From Candidatus Bathyarchaeia archaeon (GTDB taxonomy: Archaea; Thermoproteota; Bathyarchaeia; Bathyarchaeales; Bathycorpusculaceae), in the NCBI GenBank assembly GCA_038882955.1, contig JAVZNC010000001.1:32001-96000 (forward strand): a stretch of 64,000 nucleotides of DNA, written 5' to 3'. The position numbers and the translations under genes were made by a program. The notes below the pieces were generated by a model. The model made no database searches. It saw nothing but the letters and a program-made list of their open reading frames with translations, and was not told the DNA's origin. The first letter of the stretch is position 1; each line of letters opens with the position of its first letter. Shown in pieces: positions 37,773 to 47,890 of this stretch.

Positions 37773-38323
37773 GCAAACGCAAAGCCCTCTACGCGAACAA
37801 AATGAAGAGGGCAGTCCACATGCTATTCTACAGAAGACACAAAAAACCAGGCGTAAAGGGGTGGGAACTGCGAAAAGCCCTAGGAGCAGACTACCCGAAA
37901 GTTCTCAAGCTTTTGGACGATTACTTGAAAATTTTGGACTTGCAAGTTAAAACAGTCTTTGAAGAGGAAAAACCAAAGGAAAATCCGACATTAGAGGAGC
38001 TTGACAGGGCAAGGTTCTACATAACATTGCGGGGCGAACTAACGCCTAAAGAGGCGAAGATGATTGGGTGGAGAATAGACGACTTGGCTGGACTAGCAAT
38101 AGCCATAGCCTACATAATATCAAAAAAGGGAAAAGCTCCAAGAAAGGAAGTTGAAGAACTTTTACACGAAAAGCTTCCAGGATGGAAGGTTAACGTCAAC
38201 ATTGACCGCTACATTAGGTACGGTTATCTAACGCAAGACGAAAACGAACAGCTTTACTTGGACTGGCGGACACGCGCAGAAGTAGACCAGAAAGCACTCA
38301 TAGAAATGCTCTTGTCAAAGTAG
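37769..38323 (+). CDS. Putative KITE subunit (tandem wHTH; ScpB/Nse1/Nse3-like)
   Basis: Two wHTH-sized halves, C-terminal GYL...LYLDWRTRAE; ATGA overlap with the kleisin-like gene. Confidence 0.6.
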   Translation: MSKRKALYANKMKRAVHMLFYRRHKKPGVKGWELRKALGADYPKVLKLLDDYLKILDLQVKTVFEEEKPKENPTLEELDRARFYITLRGELTPKEAKMIGWRIDDLAGLAIAIAYIISKKGKAPRKEVEELLHEKLPGWKVNVNIDRYIRYGYLTQDENEQLYLDWRTRAEVDQKALIEMLLSK

Positions 38324-38336
38324 AATGTCCTATAGC

Positions 38337-38516
38337 TTACTTTCTTATTTTGTGGTAGATGAAGGCTATCACGTCGATTACGATTAGGATTGTTAAAATG
38401 AGCAATGGAGTTTCCAGAAATTGGGTGAAAATAAAATCGTCTTCAGCCCTAGCAACGCCAATTAAGATAGAAAGTAGGAAAAACGCGAATAGTGCTAACG
38501 ATGTTCGCCTTTTCAT
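38337..38516 (-). CDS. Small membrane protein (signal peptide plus one TM helix), 59 aa
   Basis: Manual translation MKRRTSLALFAFFLLSILIGVARAEDDFIFTQFLETPLLILTILIVIDVIAFIYHKIRK; directly downstream of nusA. Confidence 0.65.
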   Translation of the reverse strand: MKRRTSLALFAFFLLSILIGVARAEDDFIFTQFLETPLLILTILIVIDVIAFIYHKIRK

Positions 38517-38534
38517 TCTCGGGATTCCCCAAGC

Positions 38535-38972
38535 CTATGTTATGCTCACGTTTTGTATGTCAAAGTAGCGTTTTGCCAGAAAGCGCAGTCTTTCAGCGTT
38601 TCTTCCGTTCTTTCCGATCGCTACGCCTTTGTCTCGAGGGTTAACCGCAACAACGGCTATTTTCTTTCCGTCAGTTCTTTCTGTGAGGCGAACCTCCTTC
38701 ACTATGGCTGGTTTTAGGGCGTTTTTTATGAATTGCACCGGGTCTTCGGAATACTCGATTATTTCGTGTTTCTTTCCAGTCATCGACTCTAAAGTGCGGA
38801 TGTTTCTTCCGCCTTTTCCAATGGCTACGCCTATTTGTCCCTCGTTTACAACGAAGATTACGCGTCCCTGTTCCTCGTCGACTATGCAGTCTTTGACGCT
38901 TGCCCCTGTTATACTTTCAAAAAGCGCGATATAACGCATTTCAGTACTCGTGATTTTTATTCCGCTTGTCAT
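38535..38972 (-). CDS. nusA: Archaeal NusA (KH-domain transcription factor)
   Basis: AIGKGG.NI and GVAIGKNGRN KH motifs; follows rpl30e. Confidence 0.95.
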   Translation of the reverse strand: MTSGIKITSTEMRYIALFESITGASVKDCIVDEEQGRVIFVVNEGQIGVAIGKGGRNIRTLESMTGKKHEIIEYSEDPVQFIKNALKPAIVKEVRLTERTDGKKIAVVAVNPRDKGVAIGKNGRNAERLRFLAKRYFDIQNVSIT

Positions 38973-39304
38973 TCGCTGCCTCCAGCGGTTTCCTCTGTTT
39001 CGCCTTTTTCAGCTAACTCGAGTATTTCCGAGTCGCCTGGTTCTCTTATACTTAACGCTGAAACAACATAAGGTTTTCCACAGACGGCAGCCAAATCCAT
39101 TGATGAACCCTTATAGACGATTAGCGGTACTTTTGAAAGTTTGCAGTAGTATTCGATGTCCTCGCGTATGTTTTTTGGACAATTCGAAGCCAAAATTATC
39201 ATTTTCGCCCTTCCAGTTTTGGCGCTGTGTATGGCTGTGTTCGCACCGAAAAATACTTTGCCCGTTTTTACGGCTGTGGCTATTGCCTTGTCTATGTCAA
39301 TCAT
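38969..39304 (-). CDS. rpl30e: 50S ribosomal protein L30e
   Basis: AVKTGKVFFG, ASNCP and CGKPY.VS...I..PGDS.I. Confidence 0.96.
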   Translation of the reverse strand: MIDIDKAIATAVKTGKVFFGANTAIHSAKTGRAKMIILASNCPKNIREDIEYYCKLSKVPLIVYKGSSMDLAAVCGKPYVVSALSIREPGDSEILELAEKGETEETAGGSE

Positions 39305-42300
39305 TTCTCGTTTTTCCTCCCCATCTCGAACGTGGACATGTATAATTCAACTAACCCAGTGCCTATTGGTATTGACTGCCCAACTATAACGTTTTCAGTT
39401 ACGCCCTCAAGCGGGTCACTTTCGCCCTTAACCGCGGCATCAACAATGTTTGGAACAGTTATCTCAAACGCCGCCCTAGCCAAAACACTTGATTTCTTCC
39501 CACTTATGCCGTGCCTTCCTATCTGCTGCACTTCGCCGGTGGAAGTCATCATGTCAGCAACAAGCATAACGTGGCGGACATCAACGTCCAGCCCTTGCTC
39601 TTCTAGAACACCTCTAGACTCGTTTATTAGGGCGTTTCTGGCTGCTTCTATGCCCAAAGTTTTGGCTATTTCATGAATGTTGTTTGTTGTTGTCCGCGAG
39701 GTGTCCACTCCACAAATTTCAAGAACCTTGGGTAAGTTTGAACCGTCCGTTCTTATAATCCATTCTCCCTTTTCTTCGGTGACGAGAACACGCTTTATGC
39801 CCTGGATGCCCTTAATGTAGAACGCGGAGATTTTATCAAGCAGCTTTTTGAGGTTTTCCTCCTTTTTGGGTTTCACGCGTATCGTGTTGCCCTTCATTTT
39901 TATCGTGCAGTTTTGGATTTGCAGCTTTTCTTTAAGTTCTTCAAGTGTTACGCCTCGGTCTTCCATCATAACCTTGTTGAGTTCCACAACAATCTCGCCG
40001 CGGACAGCATCCTCGTATATGGCTCGCGCCAAATTCTCCAATGCTGTGTAAACTATGTTTCTGGCAATTTTAACAGCTGCCTCTCTGCTCTTCCTATGCT
40101 TTTCAGTTAAGTAAATAGTCATTATTGGCGTTGATGGAATACGCCTAGCATCAACAATCTCTATCAGCCTCGGCAACCCCAATGTTACGTTTTGTTCCCT
40201 AACACCAGCATAGTGGAATGTCCTAAGCGTCATCTGTGTGCCGGGCTCTCCTATTGATTGGGCTGCGATTATGCCGACTGCTTCGCCCGGTTCCATCAAA
40301 GAGCGCTTATAATGTTCGACTGTTAGTTTTACGGCTTTGTCCACTCCTTCCTTGCTTATTTTTGCTTTTGAGAGGCTTTGTTTGAGTTCGTCTATAAGCA
40401 GGGGCGTAAGCTGGTCTTCAACTTCCTTAATCTTCTTTTTAATGTATTCGGCTTCTGCGGGTTTGCCGCGTCCAGTTGCGATTCTTATTTGGTCGACGAG
40501 TCTGCTGACGTTCACGGCTTTTCCATGGTCGCTTTTCGCTGGGTCAACCCCGTCCTCGCCATATTTGAATTGGATTATGTCTCCAGCAGAGTTCCTAACC
40601 GTTCCATCGTATTCTAGGCGTATGTGCTCGAGCGCATTGATTAGCCGTCTCTGCATGTAACCGCTTTGCTGCGTCCTAACGGCGGTGTCAACAAGCCCCT
40701 CGCGCCCGCCCATGGCATGGAAGAAGAATTCAATGGAGTCAAGTCCTTTCTGATAGGATGAGTAGACGAACCCCCTAGCCCTTGGACTTGGGTCACCAGT
40801 TTTAAAGTGCGGAAGAGCGCGTCCGATGTATCCACGCAATATTCTTTTGCCTCGCACCGACTGCTGCCCGACACAGGCGCTCATTTGCCCGATGTTTAGG
40901 CTTGAACCCCGCGCACCTGTTCGCGTCATCACTATGCCAGCGTTTTCAAGCGTGAAATCCCGGTCTGCTATTTTGCCAGCTTCATCTCTTGCCGTGGCAA
41001 GTTCGTTCATAACGTAAATTTCAAAGGACTCTTCAAGCGTCTGTCCTGGAAGCCCCTGCAGTGTGCCGTTTCGATAGCTTTCTATTAGTTCTTCAACTTT
41101 TTTCTGAACCCTTTCCATGGTCTTCTTTATCTTGTTTTCAGCTTCTGGCGAGAGGACAAGCTCTTTATATGAGTATGTGAAGCCCCTCATTGAAATGAAG
41201 AGCTTCAGAAGTCTTGTTATTTTGTTTAGAAATTCCCGTCCAGCCTTTGTTCCATAATCCTTTATTATTCTGTGGAGGAGGCTTTCAGATTGTTCAGCGC
41301 CTATTGAACGCCTATCTATAACGCCGCTTATTAACTCGCCATTTTTCACAACAACATACGCGTCATGCGGACAGTTCTCCTCTTGGCACTTGACGCATCC
41401 TTGGCAAATCGTCGCTTTCAGAACGTAGTTAAAATCTTTTGGTAGAAAGAGGCTAAAAATCTGTTTACCAGTCCAAAGCGGCTGCGGCTCCTTTATTTTC
41501 GGCTCTGGAAGTGGCCCATCATACCCTGCTGCTGCGAGTAGTCTACCAACTTCACTTCCCGTCAAATAATTGTTTTTTCTTGTGAATAAATAAGCTGCTG
41601 TTATGAAATCGCGTATCGCCCCAATTATTGGACCGCCAAACCTCGGCGAAAGTATCTGGTCTTGAACCTGCATTAGCATCAGCGCCTCTGTACGTGCTTC
41701 TTCGCTTTGCGGTATGTGAAGGTTCATTTCGTCTCCGTCGAAGTCCGCGTTGTATGGTGGACAGACGCAGAGATGCAAACGGAAGGTTTTGTATGGCAAA
41801 ACGCGAACGTAATGCGCCATAATAGACATTCTGTGAAGCGATGGCTGACGATTAAAGATGGCTATGTCCCCGTTTTTAAGGTGCCTCTCAACAATGTAGC
41901 CTGGCTCCACCGCCTCAGCAATCTTCGTCCTATCAGTCACAAACTCAAGCCTTATACGTTTACCGTCAGGTCTAATAATGTAAAGCGCTCCTGGATATTT
42001 TTCAGGTCCATTTATGACTAATTTCCGCATTTCCTCAATATTCCATTCTGTAACTTTTTCTGGCACGGATAGGCGCATGGCAACTTCCTGTGGTACGCCA
42101 ACTTCGCTTATATCAAGGTTCGGGTCTGGCGATATGACTGTTCTCGCCGAGAAGTCAACACGCTTTCCAGAGAGATTGCTTCTGAATCTTCCCTCTTTGC
42201 CCTTCAGTCTTTGCGAGAGCGTTTTTAAAGCTCTTCCTGAGCGGTGTCTTGCTGGCGGTATGCCAGACGCCTCATTGTTGAAGTATGTGGTCACATGGTA

Positions 42301-43131
42301 CTGTAGGAGTTCTGAAAGGTCTTGAATTATGAGGGTTGGGGCTCCAGCATCCATGTTCTCTTTTAATCTCTGGTTTATGCGTATTATGTCCACAAGTTTG
42401 TGGGTTAAGTCGTCTTCCGAGCGTATGCCCGACTCAAGTGTGATTGATGGGCGAACGTAAACTGGCGGAACCGGAAGAACTTGTAGAACCATCCATTCTG
42501 GACGAGCAGCTTTGGAATTAAAACCTAAAATTTCAAGGTCGTCGTCCGGGATGCGTTCAAGTCTCTCGCGAACCATGCTCGGCGTTAGCGGTTCTGAACC
42601 GCTTTCTGGAATCTGCTCGCTAAATTTTGTTGGTTTCTCAAAAGTTATTTTGTACTGGACCGCGCCGCAGTGTGGACACTGTTTGGTTTTCGCCTCTTGT
42701 ACGACTCCCTTGCTAACCTCGTCTGGAACAACGCCAAGAAGCTGTTTAGTTTTTCCAATTTTTGCCTTCACACGCTTTATGGTTTCGTCTGGCAGCAGTA
42801 TGCGTCCGCAGTTCCTGCATGTTGCCCTCAAAAGGTCATAGATTAACTTTGTAAATTCTATGTGTATAATGGGAACGGCAAGTTCAATATGCCCGAAATG
42901 CCCTGGACACCTAACCGCAGTGTTTCCGCACGTCTTGCATCTTTGCCTCGGCTCTAAAGTCCCAAGCCTGCCATCCATAAGCCCAGCGGTTATTGGCGCG
43001 CCATCCTCGTCATAAGTGTCTGGCGTTTGAATCTCCACAACGGACAACTTGCGAATCTCTTGTGGCGAGAACAATCCGAATCGGATTTCATCTACAACTT
43101 TATGCACTATTTCTTCTACAGCCATAATCAT
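39301..43131 (-). CDS. rpoA: RNA polymerase largest subunit, fused A'/A''
   Basis: NADFDGDEMN, GKRVDFSAR and QSIGEPGTQMTLRTFH all in one 1276-aa ORF. Confidence 0.98.
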   Translation of the reverse strand: MIMAVEEIVHKVVDEIRFGLFSPQEIRKLSVVEIQTPDTYDEDGAPITAGLMDGRLGTLEPRQRCKTCGNTAVRCPGHFGHIELAVPIIHIEFTKLIYDLLRATCRNCGRILLPDETIKRVKAKIGKTKQLLGVVPDEVSKGVVQEAKTKQCPHCGAVQYKITFEKPTKFSEQIPESGSEPLTPSMVRERLERIPDDDLEILGFNSKAARPEWMVLQVLPVPPVYVRPSITLESGIRSEDDLTHKLVDIIRINQRLKENMDAGAPTLIIQDLSELLQYHVTTYFNNEASGIPPARHRSGRALKTLSQRLKGKEGRFRSNLSGKRVDFSARTVISPDPNLDISEVGVPQEVAMRLSVPEKVTEWNIEEMRKLVINGPEKYPGALYIIRPDGKRIRLEFVTDRTKIAEAVEPGYIVERHLKNGDIAIFNRQPSLHRMSIMAHYVRVLPYKTFRLHLCVCPPYNADFDGDEMNLHIPQSEEARTEALMLMQVQDQILSPRFGGPIIGAIRDFITAAYLFTRKNNYLTGSEVGRLLAAAGYDGPLPEPKIKEPQPLWTGKQIFSLFLPKDFNYVLKATICQGCVKCQEENCPHDAYVVVKNGELISGVIDRRSIGAEQSESLLHRIIKDYGTKAGREFLNKITRLLKLFISMRGFTYSYKELVLSPEAENKIKKTMERVQKKVEELIESYRNGTLQGLPGQTLEESFEIYVMNELATARDEAGKIADRDFTLENAGIVMTRTGARGSSLNIGQMSACVGQQSVRGKRILRGYIGRALPHFKTGDPSPRARGFVYSSYQKGLDSIEFFFHAMGGREGLVDTAVRTQQSGYMQRRLINALEHIRLEYDGTVRNSAGDIIQFKYGEDGVDPAKSDHGKAVNVSRLVDQIRIATGRGKPAEAEYIKKKIKEVEDQLTPLLIDELKQSLSKAKISKEGVDKAVKLTVEHYKRSLMEPGEAVGIIAAQSIGEPGTQMTLRTFHYAGVREQNVTLGLPRLIEIVDARRIPSTPIMTIYLTEKHRKSREAAVKIARNIVYTALENLARAIYEDAVRGEIVVELNKVMMEDRGVTLEELKEKLQIQNCTIKMKGNTIRVKPKKEENLKKLLDKISAFYIKGIQGIKRVLVTEEKGEWIIRTDGSNLPKVLEICGVDTSRTTTNNIHEIAKTLGIEAARNALINESRGVLEEQGLDVDVRHVMLVADMMTSTGEVQQIGRHGISGKKSSVLARAAFEITVPNIVDAAVKGESDPLEGVTENVIVGQSIPIGTGLVELYMSTFEMGRKNEK

Positions 43132-46100
43132 GCCTTCTCCTTAAGCTTTAATCTAGGCGCAATACAAAGGCTCATTAACTCTTGTAGAAGCAGTTTAAAA
43201 GCGTATGAAACCACGACGGGAGAGATTTTCGCCTTGTCCTCGCAGACCTTGCATACGTACTTGCGTTGTTTCATGTCGTAATAGGCGATGTAGCCGCAGT
43301 TTTCGCAAACATAAAGAGTGTATTTGTCAGATTCCTCGAGCAGCCTATCGCGGAGAAGCATCGCCGCGCCATGACCTATCAAGCAGTCGCGCTCCATCTC
43401 GCCGAACCTCAAGCCTCCGCCTCTGGCTCTCCCCTCTGTAGGTTGCCTCGTCAACATTTGCACTTGTCCTCTCGCCCTAGCATGTATCTTGTCTGCAACC
43501 ATGTGGTGAAGTTTCTGGTAATAGACGATTCCAACGAAAACGTCTGCAACGAATTTTTCTCCAGTTATCCCATTGTAGAACACTTCTGTTCCAGTGTGGC
43601 TGAATCCAAGTTTTATCAACGCTTTTCGCAGTTCATCAGATCTTTCGCTTGTGAATGGTGTTCCGTCAACTGGTTTTCCACGGACAGCAGCAACCTTTCC
43701 AGCGATTGACTCTATAAACTGTCCAATAGTCATTCTCGACGGAATCGCATGTGGATTAATTATTATGTCTGGAACTACGCCGTCCTCAGTGAAGGGCAAA
43801 TCTTCTTGTGGAACAATCAAGCCTATAACGCCCTTTTGCCCATGCCGCGAAGCAAACTTGTCGCCTAACTCGGGTACACGCTGGTCGCGCACCCTAACCT
43901 TCACGAGTTTGCTTCCCTCGCCAGACTCTGTCAAGAACACGGCATCCACTATGCCAGTTTCCGATGGACGCATATCCACGGAAGTGTCACGCATCGAGGG
44001 ACCCTTCACTTCGAACTCCTTGTACTCCTCAATAAACCTCGGCGGGCTAATTCTGCCTATGAGGACATCTCCACCAGCAACGGCAGACTCCAAACTTATT
44101 ATCCCGTCTGGCTCAAGCAGCCTATAGTACTGTTCGCCCCTGTACCCGCGGGTTCCAGGCTCTGGCAACGTGAACTTGTCCTTTAAACCGCCAAGGTATT
44201 GGCGGCATTCAGCCTCATATATCCTATAAAATGTTGAGCGGGCTAAGCCCCTTTCTATCGAGGCTTTGTTAAATATTAGGGCGTCTTCCATGTTATAGCC
44301 TTCATAAGAGAGAACAGCAACCACACAGTTTTGTCCCGATGGACGAAGCTTATAGCCCATAACATCCATCAAGGCGGTTTCAACAAGCGGCACTTGCGGA
44401 TAATGAAGTATATGCGACCTTGAGTCTACTCTTTGATGGAAGTTTGTAGCGTAAACGCCTAAGGCTTGCTTCGCCATTGCCGCCTGGTAGGAGTTGCGTG
44501 GCGACTGGTTGTGTTCTGCGTACGGTATTGTTGACGCGCATATTCCAAGAATTGTATAGGTTGCAATTTCCAGGTGCGTGTGTTCTGGCGTTAGCTCTTC
44601 TTGGCTAACGGCGACGTAGGCGTTTTCCTCTTCTTCGGCGTCGAGGTATTCGATTAAACCGTTCTTGACAAGGTCCTCCCAAGACCATTCTCCAGAAGCT
44701 ACCTTCTCGACGTGTTCGCGTTGAAGCCTCGGCACGCCATTATCAACTATTATGAGTGGACGCCGCACCCTTCCCTCATCACAGTTAACGTAAACCTCTT
44801 CCTTTTCAGTTTGAAGTTTTGGATAATAGGCTATGTTGACTTCGGTTGAGATTTCACCTCTTCTCCGCCTCTCCCTAAATTCCCGTGTCAACTCTTCTGG
44901 AGAAACACAATATCCAATTATGTTTCCATCAACAAAGACCTTGGCTCCAGAAAGCTTGAGAGTTTCATTCGCCTCCTCTATGGGGACAACACCCATATCA
45001 AAAAGCACCTGCTTTATCTTTTCGGGGTTCACGCCAACAGAAATGCATGCGGACAAAGCCAAATTTTTGACAAGCCCGCAGTTTGAACCTTCAGGCGTCT
45101 CGTTTGGGCATAGGCGTCCCCAGTGTGTTGGATGCAAGTCTCGCGCTTCAAAGTTTGGTTGGCTTCTGCTCAATGGAGACTGCAACCTTCGCAAGTGGCT
45201 TAAGGTTGAAAGGTGGTTTGTTCTGTCCAAAAGCTGTGTTACGCCGACCCTTCCCCTTCCCCAATTTCCAGTTGCAAGCGCATGCTGAAGTCTCTCGCTT
45301 ATTATTCCTGGACGAACAGCCGCAGAAACAGTTATTATTGGACCTTTAACGCCTATGCGTTCAAGCTGATACTTTATGTCTCTGACAAGGTTTCTGAACG
45401 CCACTCGAAAGAGGTCTGCAAGCAGCGGTCCCGCAAGCCTTAGCCTCTTGTTTTTGAAGTGGTCTTTGTCATCTGGCTGTCTCCTTCCAAGTTTTAATTC
45501 AATTACGCGGCACGCCATCTCACCTAGAAAGATTGCCTTTGCCCTTCTGCTTTGACTTGTTCTCCCAATGTGTGGCAAAAAGTTCTTGTCAAGTATTGTT
45601 TCAGCCTTTTGGATGCGGTACTCCTCAACTTGACCATGCGCAACACGATTGCCAATAAACAATATTGCGTCTTTCACAGTATCAACGCCAAGGGACTTTT
45701 CAAACGTCGTTTCAAGCTCCGCTTGAATGTCCCTATCCAAAGAAACGGCTTCGGCTATTTCCTTGTCTGACTCCAAGCCTAGGGCGCGCATCACCACAAC
45801 AAGCGGAATTTCCGAAGGCACGCCTGGCATTGAAACGTATATTGCCTCATCGGATTTCAGTTTAAGCTCAATTCTCGCCCTAAAACCAACAGTAGTTGAA
45901 AACATCTTCGCTTGGTAAACTGGCGTTGCACCTTTCTCGTCTATGTCAACTATAATGCGATTAGGAGCCAAATCTTCCATCGCAACAATGACGCGCTCCG
46001 AACCGTTAACAATAAAGTAGCCTCCAGGGTCATCTGGGTCTTCTCCACAAGCTATTAGTTCTTCCCTCGAAAGCTGCGATAAAAAGCACAGCTTTGATTT

Positions 46101-46493
46101 GAGCATCACTGGAATGTTTCCGATGAATACAAGTTCTGTGTCTTGTTCCCTGCCGTCAATCACCGGCGTCATTTCAAGCGCTACTGGCGCAGCGTAAGTT
46201 AAGTTGCGGAGCCTTGCCTCCATCGGGTAAATTTCATGCTTTGTCCCGTCAACCTCGGTCGCGTAAGGTCCAGTTATTCTAGTCTGGGGGTCTATTATCC
46301 AAACCTGTCCAAGCTTGACCTTGTAGGGGCTTTCTGGAACCTCTATTGGGATTTCGCCAACTTCGTCTATGACCTCTTGAAGCCCGTGGTCGATAAACTC
46401 GTTGAAAGAGTCCAGATGCTGACGCACAAGGCCCTTTTCTATAAAGAATGCCTTCAACAGCTGATTTCTATCCTCTTTTGAAAATTCAGTCAA
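43128..46493 (-). CDS. rpoB: RNA polymerase subunit B (unsplit)
   Basis: GDKFASRHGQKG, GGLRFGEMERD and ETPEG.NCGLVKN. Confidence 0.98.
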   Translation of the reverse strand: MTEFSKEDRNQLLKAFFIEKGLVRQHLDSFNEFIDHGLQEVIDEVGEIPIEVPESPYKVKLGQVWIIDPQTRITGPYATEVDGTKHEIYPMEARLRNLTYAAPVALEMTPVIDGREQDTELVFIGNIPVMLKSKLCFLSQLSREELIACGEDPDDPGGYFIVNGSERVIVAMEDLAPNRIIVDIDEKGATPVYQAKMFSTTVGFRARIELKLKSDEAIYVSMPGVPSEIPLVVVMRALGLESDKEIAEAVSLDRDIQAELETTFEKSLGVDTVKDAILFIGNRVAHGQVEEYRIQKAETILDKNFLPHIGRTSQSRRAKAIFLGEMACRVIELKLGRRQPDDKDHFKNKRLRLAGPLLADLFRVAFRNLVRDIKYQLERIGVKGPIITVSAAVRPGIISERLQHALATGNWGRGRVGVTQLLDRTNHLSTLSHLRRLQSPLSRSQPNFEARDLHPTHWGRLCPNETPEGSNCGLVKNLALSACISVGVNPEKIKQVLFDMGVVPIEEANETLKLSGAKVFVDGNIIGYCVSPEELTREFRERRRRGEISTEVNIAYYPKLQTEKEEVYVNCDEGRVRRPLIIVDNGVPRLQREHVEKVASGEWSWEDLVKNGLIEYLDAEEEENAYVAVSQEELTPEHTHLEIATYTILGICASTIPYAEHNQSPRNSYQAAMAKQALGVYATNFHQRVDSRSHILHYPQVPLVETALMDVMGYKLRPSGQNCVVAVLSYEGYNMEDALIFNKASIERGLARSTFYRIYEAECRQYLGGLKDKFTLPEPGTRGYRGEQYYRLLEPDGIISLESAVAGGDVLIGRISPPRFIEEYKEFEVKGPSMRDTSVDMRPSETGIVDAVFLTESGEGSKLVKVRVRDQRVPELGDKFASRHGQKGVIGLIVPQEDLPFTEDGVVPDIIINPHAIPSRMTIGQFIESIAGKVAAVRGKPVDGTPFTSERSDELRKALIKLGFSHTGTEVFYNGITGEKFVADVFVGIVYYQKLHHMVADKIHARARGQVQMLTRQPTEGRARGGGLRFGEMERDCLIGHGAAMLLRDRLLEESDKYTLYVCENCGYIAYYDMKQRKYVCKVCEDKAKISPVVVSYAFKLLLQELMSLCIAPRLKLKEKA

Positions 46494-46721
46494 TCAGAAT
46501 CCTCCATTCAATATTAAACATAAATGTATGGGGAACATTCGACGCGTATCTTTTCAAACTTTCAATTTCCTCCAATGCGAGGGTCATCCAACTAAAAAGT
46601 CTCCAATTTTAAAGAGCTAAAAACGTAAACCACACACCCCATTAATAAACTTTTTTGTGCAAAAAGTCATCTTCGCACTCGGGAAATAATTAATAAGAAA
46701 GAAAACCAGAAAAACTTGTAG

Positions 46722-46839
46722 GCGGCGGTAGCCAAGCCAGGTCAAAGGCGGAGGACTCAAGATCGGCGTTTAAGGGCTAGACCCCCTATGAGCCATCCTC
46801 TCCCGTAGGGGTTCGCCGGTTCAAATCCGGCCCGCCGCA
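46722..46839 (+). tRNA. tRNA-Leu(CAA) with a 33-nt intron at 37/38 (46762-46794)
   Basis: GCGGCGG/CCGCCGC acceptor, GAGGA-CT-CAA-G^A-TCCTC, long variable arm; BHB helix CTCA/TGAG with AGA and CCA bulges. Confidence 0.95.
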
Positions 46840-46956
46840 TCAAGCCTCGTTTTGTTGAACGTATCGCTTTGTGCTTTTTAGTTAGGTTTTGTGTTTCAGA
46901 TTTTGGGTTAATAAGGCATATATTCGCGTGGTCTTTCTATTAAATAACTACCTTGG

Positions 46957-47808
46957 GTGGTCATATTGTGCACCTACCAAATTATACAAGAAGGTGTACG
47001 ATGGAATCCCGAGGGATATTTTAAGCCTTTAAATATTGGAAGAATCATGCTTTCTGACAAAAACAGAAAAATTTACGGGTTTGTCATAGAATCAAAGGTG
47101 GAGAAGAATGCGCTTAGGGATTTGTCTGCACTGGCATATGATTCGGGCGTTGTTGTTCGTTATATTCAATTTTCAATGGAGGAAATAGACAAACCAGTTT
47201 TAACTGCCATCACTTTCCTAGACTTTTCAGGAGCAAAAATTTCACCAGAACAAGTTCTAAATCTTATCAGAAGCCAAAGTTTTGTGGTTAATGCCCAGCT
47301 TATAAAACCTAGTAGGAATGGCATTTTTTATGATAATCACTTTTTCCCTTTGGTGACTGACGAAAACCAGAGGGTGGTGATATTCAGAAAATCAATTTAC
47401 AAAGCTTTGTTCAACGGTATTAGGAAGAAGTTCGGCTCCGCTGGCGACGCGATGTTGTACTATCAAGGTTTCACCATTGGATTTGAGGCGTATGATGAGT
47501 ATATTAGGGCTGCTGGTTCAGAAGAGCCAGAAGATTTGATAGAGGTTGCCAAGGCAGTTAATATGACTTTGGGTTGGGGAATAATTGACGATGTACGGGT
47601 TGACGTTAAAAGGAGAAAGGCGCGGTTGCGAATATACGGAAGCTTTGAGTGTGAACTTAGCGAAGGCTCTGAAAAGCCCTACAGCCAATTCTATAGGGGC
47701 GCCATCGCTGGAATCTTTGCGCGGTTTTTTGGAAAAGATGTTAAAGTTGATGAAGTTAAATGCATCGCAAAGGGAAACCCATACTGTGAATTCGTGGTTA
47801 AAGGATGA
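46957..47808 (+). CDS. V4R domain protein with ACT-like N-terminal region
   Basis: GWG, SFEC, RGAIAG and EVKCIAKGNPYCEF. Confidence 0.85.
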   Translation: MVILCTYQIIQEGVRWNPEGYFKPLNIGRIMLSDKNRKIYGFVIESKVEKNALRDLSALAYDSGVVVRYIQFSMEEIDKPVLTAITFLDFSGAKISPEQVLNLIRSQSFVVNAQLIKPSRNGIFYDNHFFPLVTDENQRVVIFRKSIYKALFNGIRKKFGSAGDAMLYYQGFTIGFEAYDEYIRAAGSEEPEDLIEVAKAVNMTLGWGIIDDVRVDVKRRKARLRIYGSFECELSEGSEKPYSQFYRGAIAGIFARFFGKDVKVDEVKCIAKGNPYCEFVVKG

Positions 47809-47890
47809 ATTTAAACTCTTGAAATCTTAAAATTTTTATATCCCATGAATCAGAATTATTTGATTGCTTCGTTGGGGCGCATGTGCGCCT

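Noticed and set aside
39848-46481. Numerous plus-strand ORFs inside rpoA/rpoB, and similar antisense ORFs elsewhere
   Set aside because: Shadow frames of well-supported genes, with no motifs or start signals.
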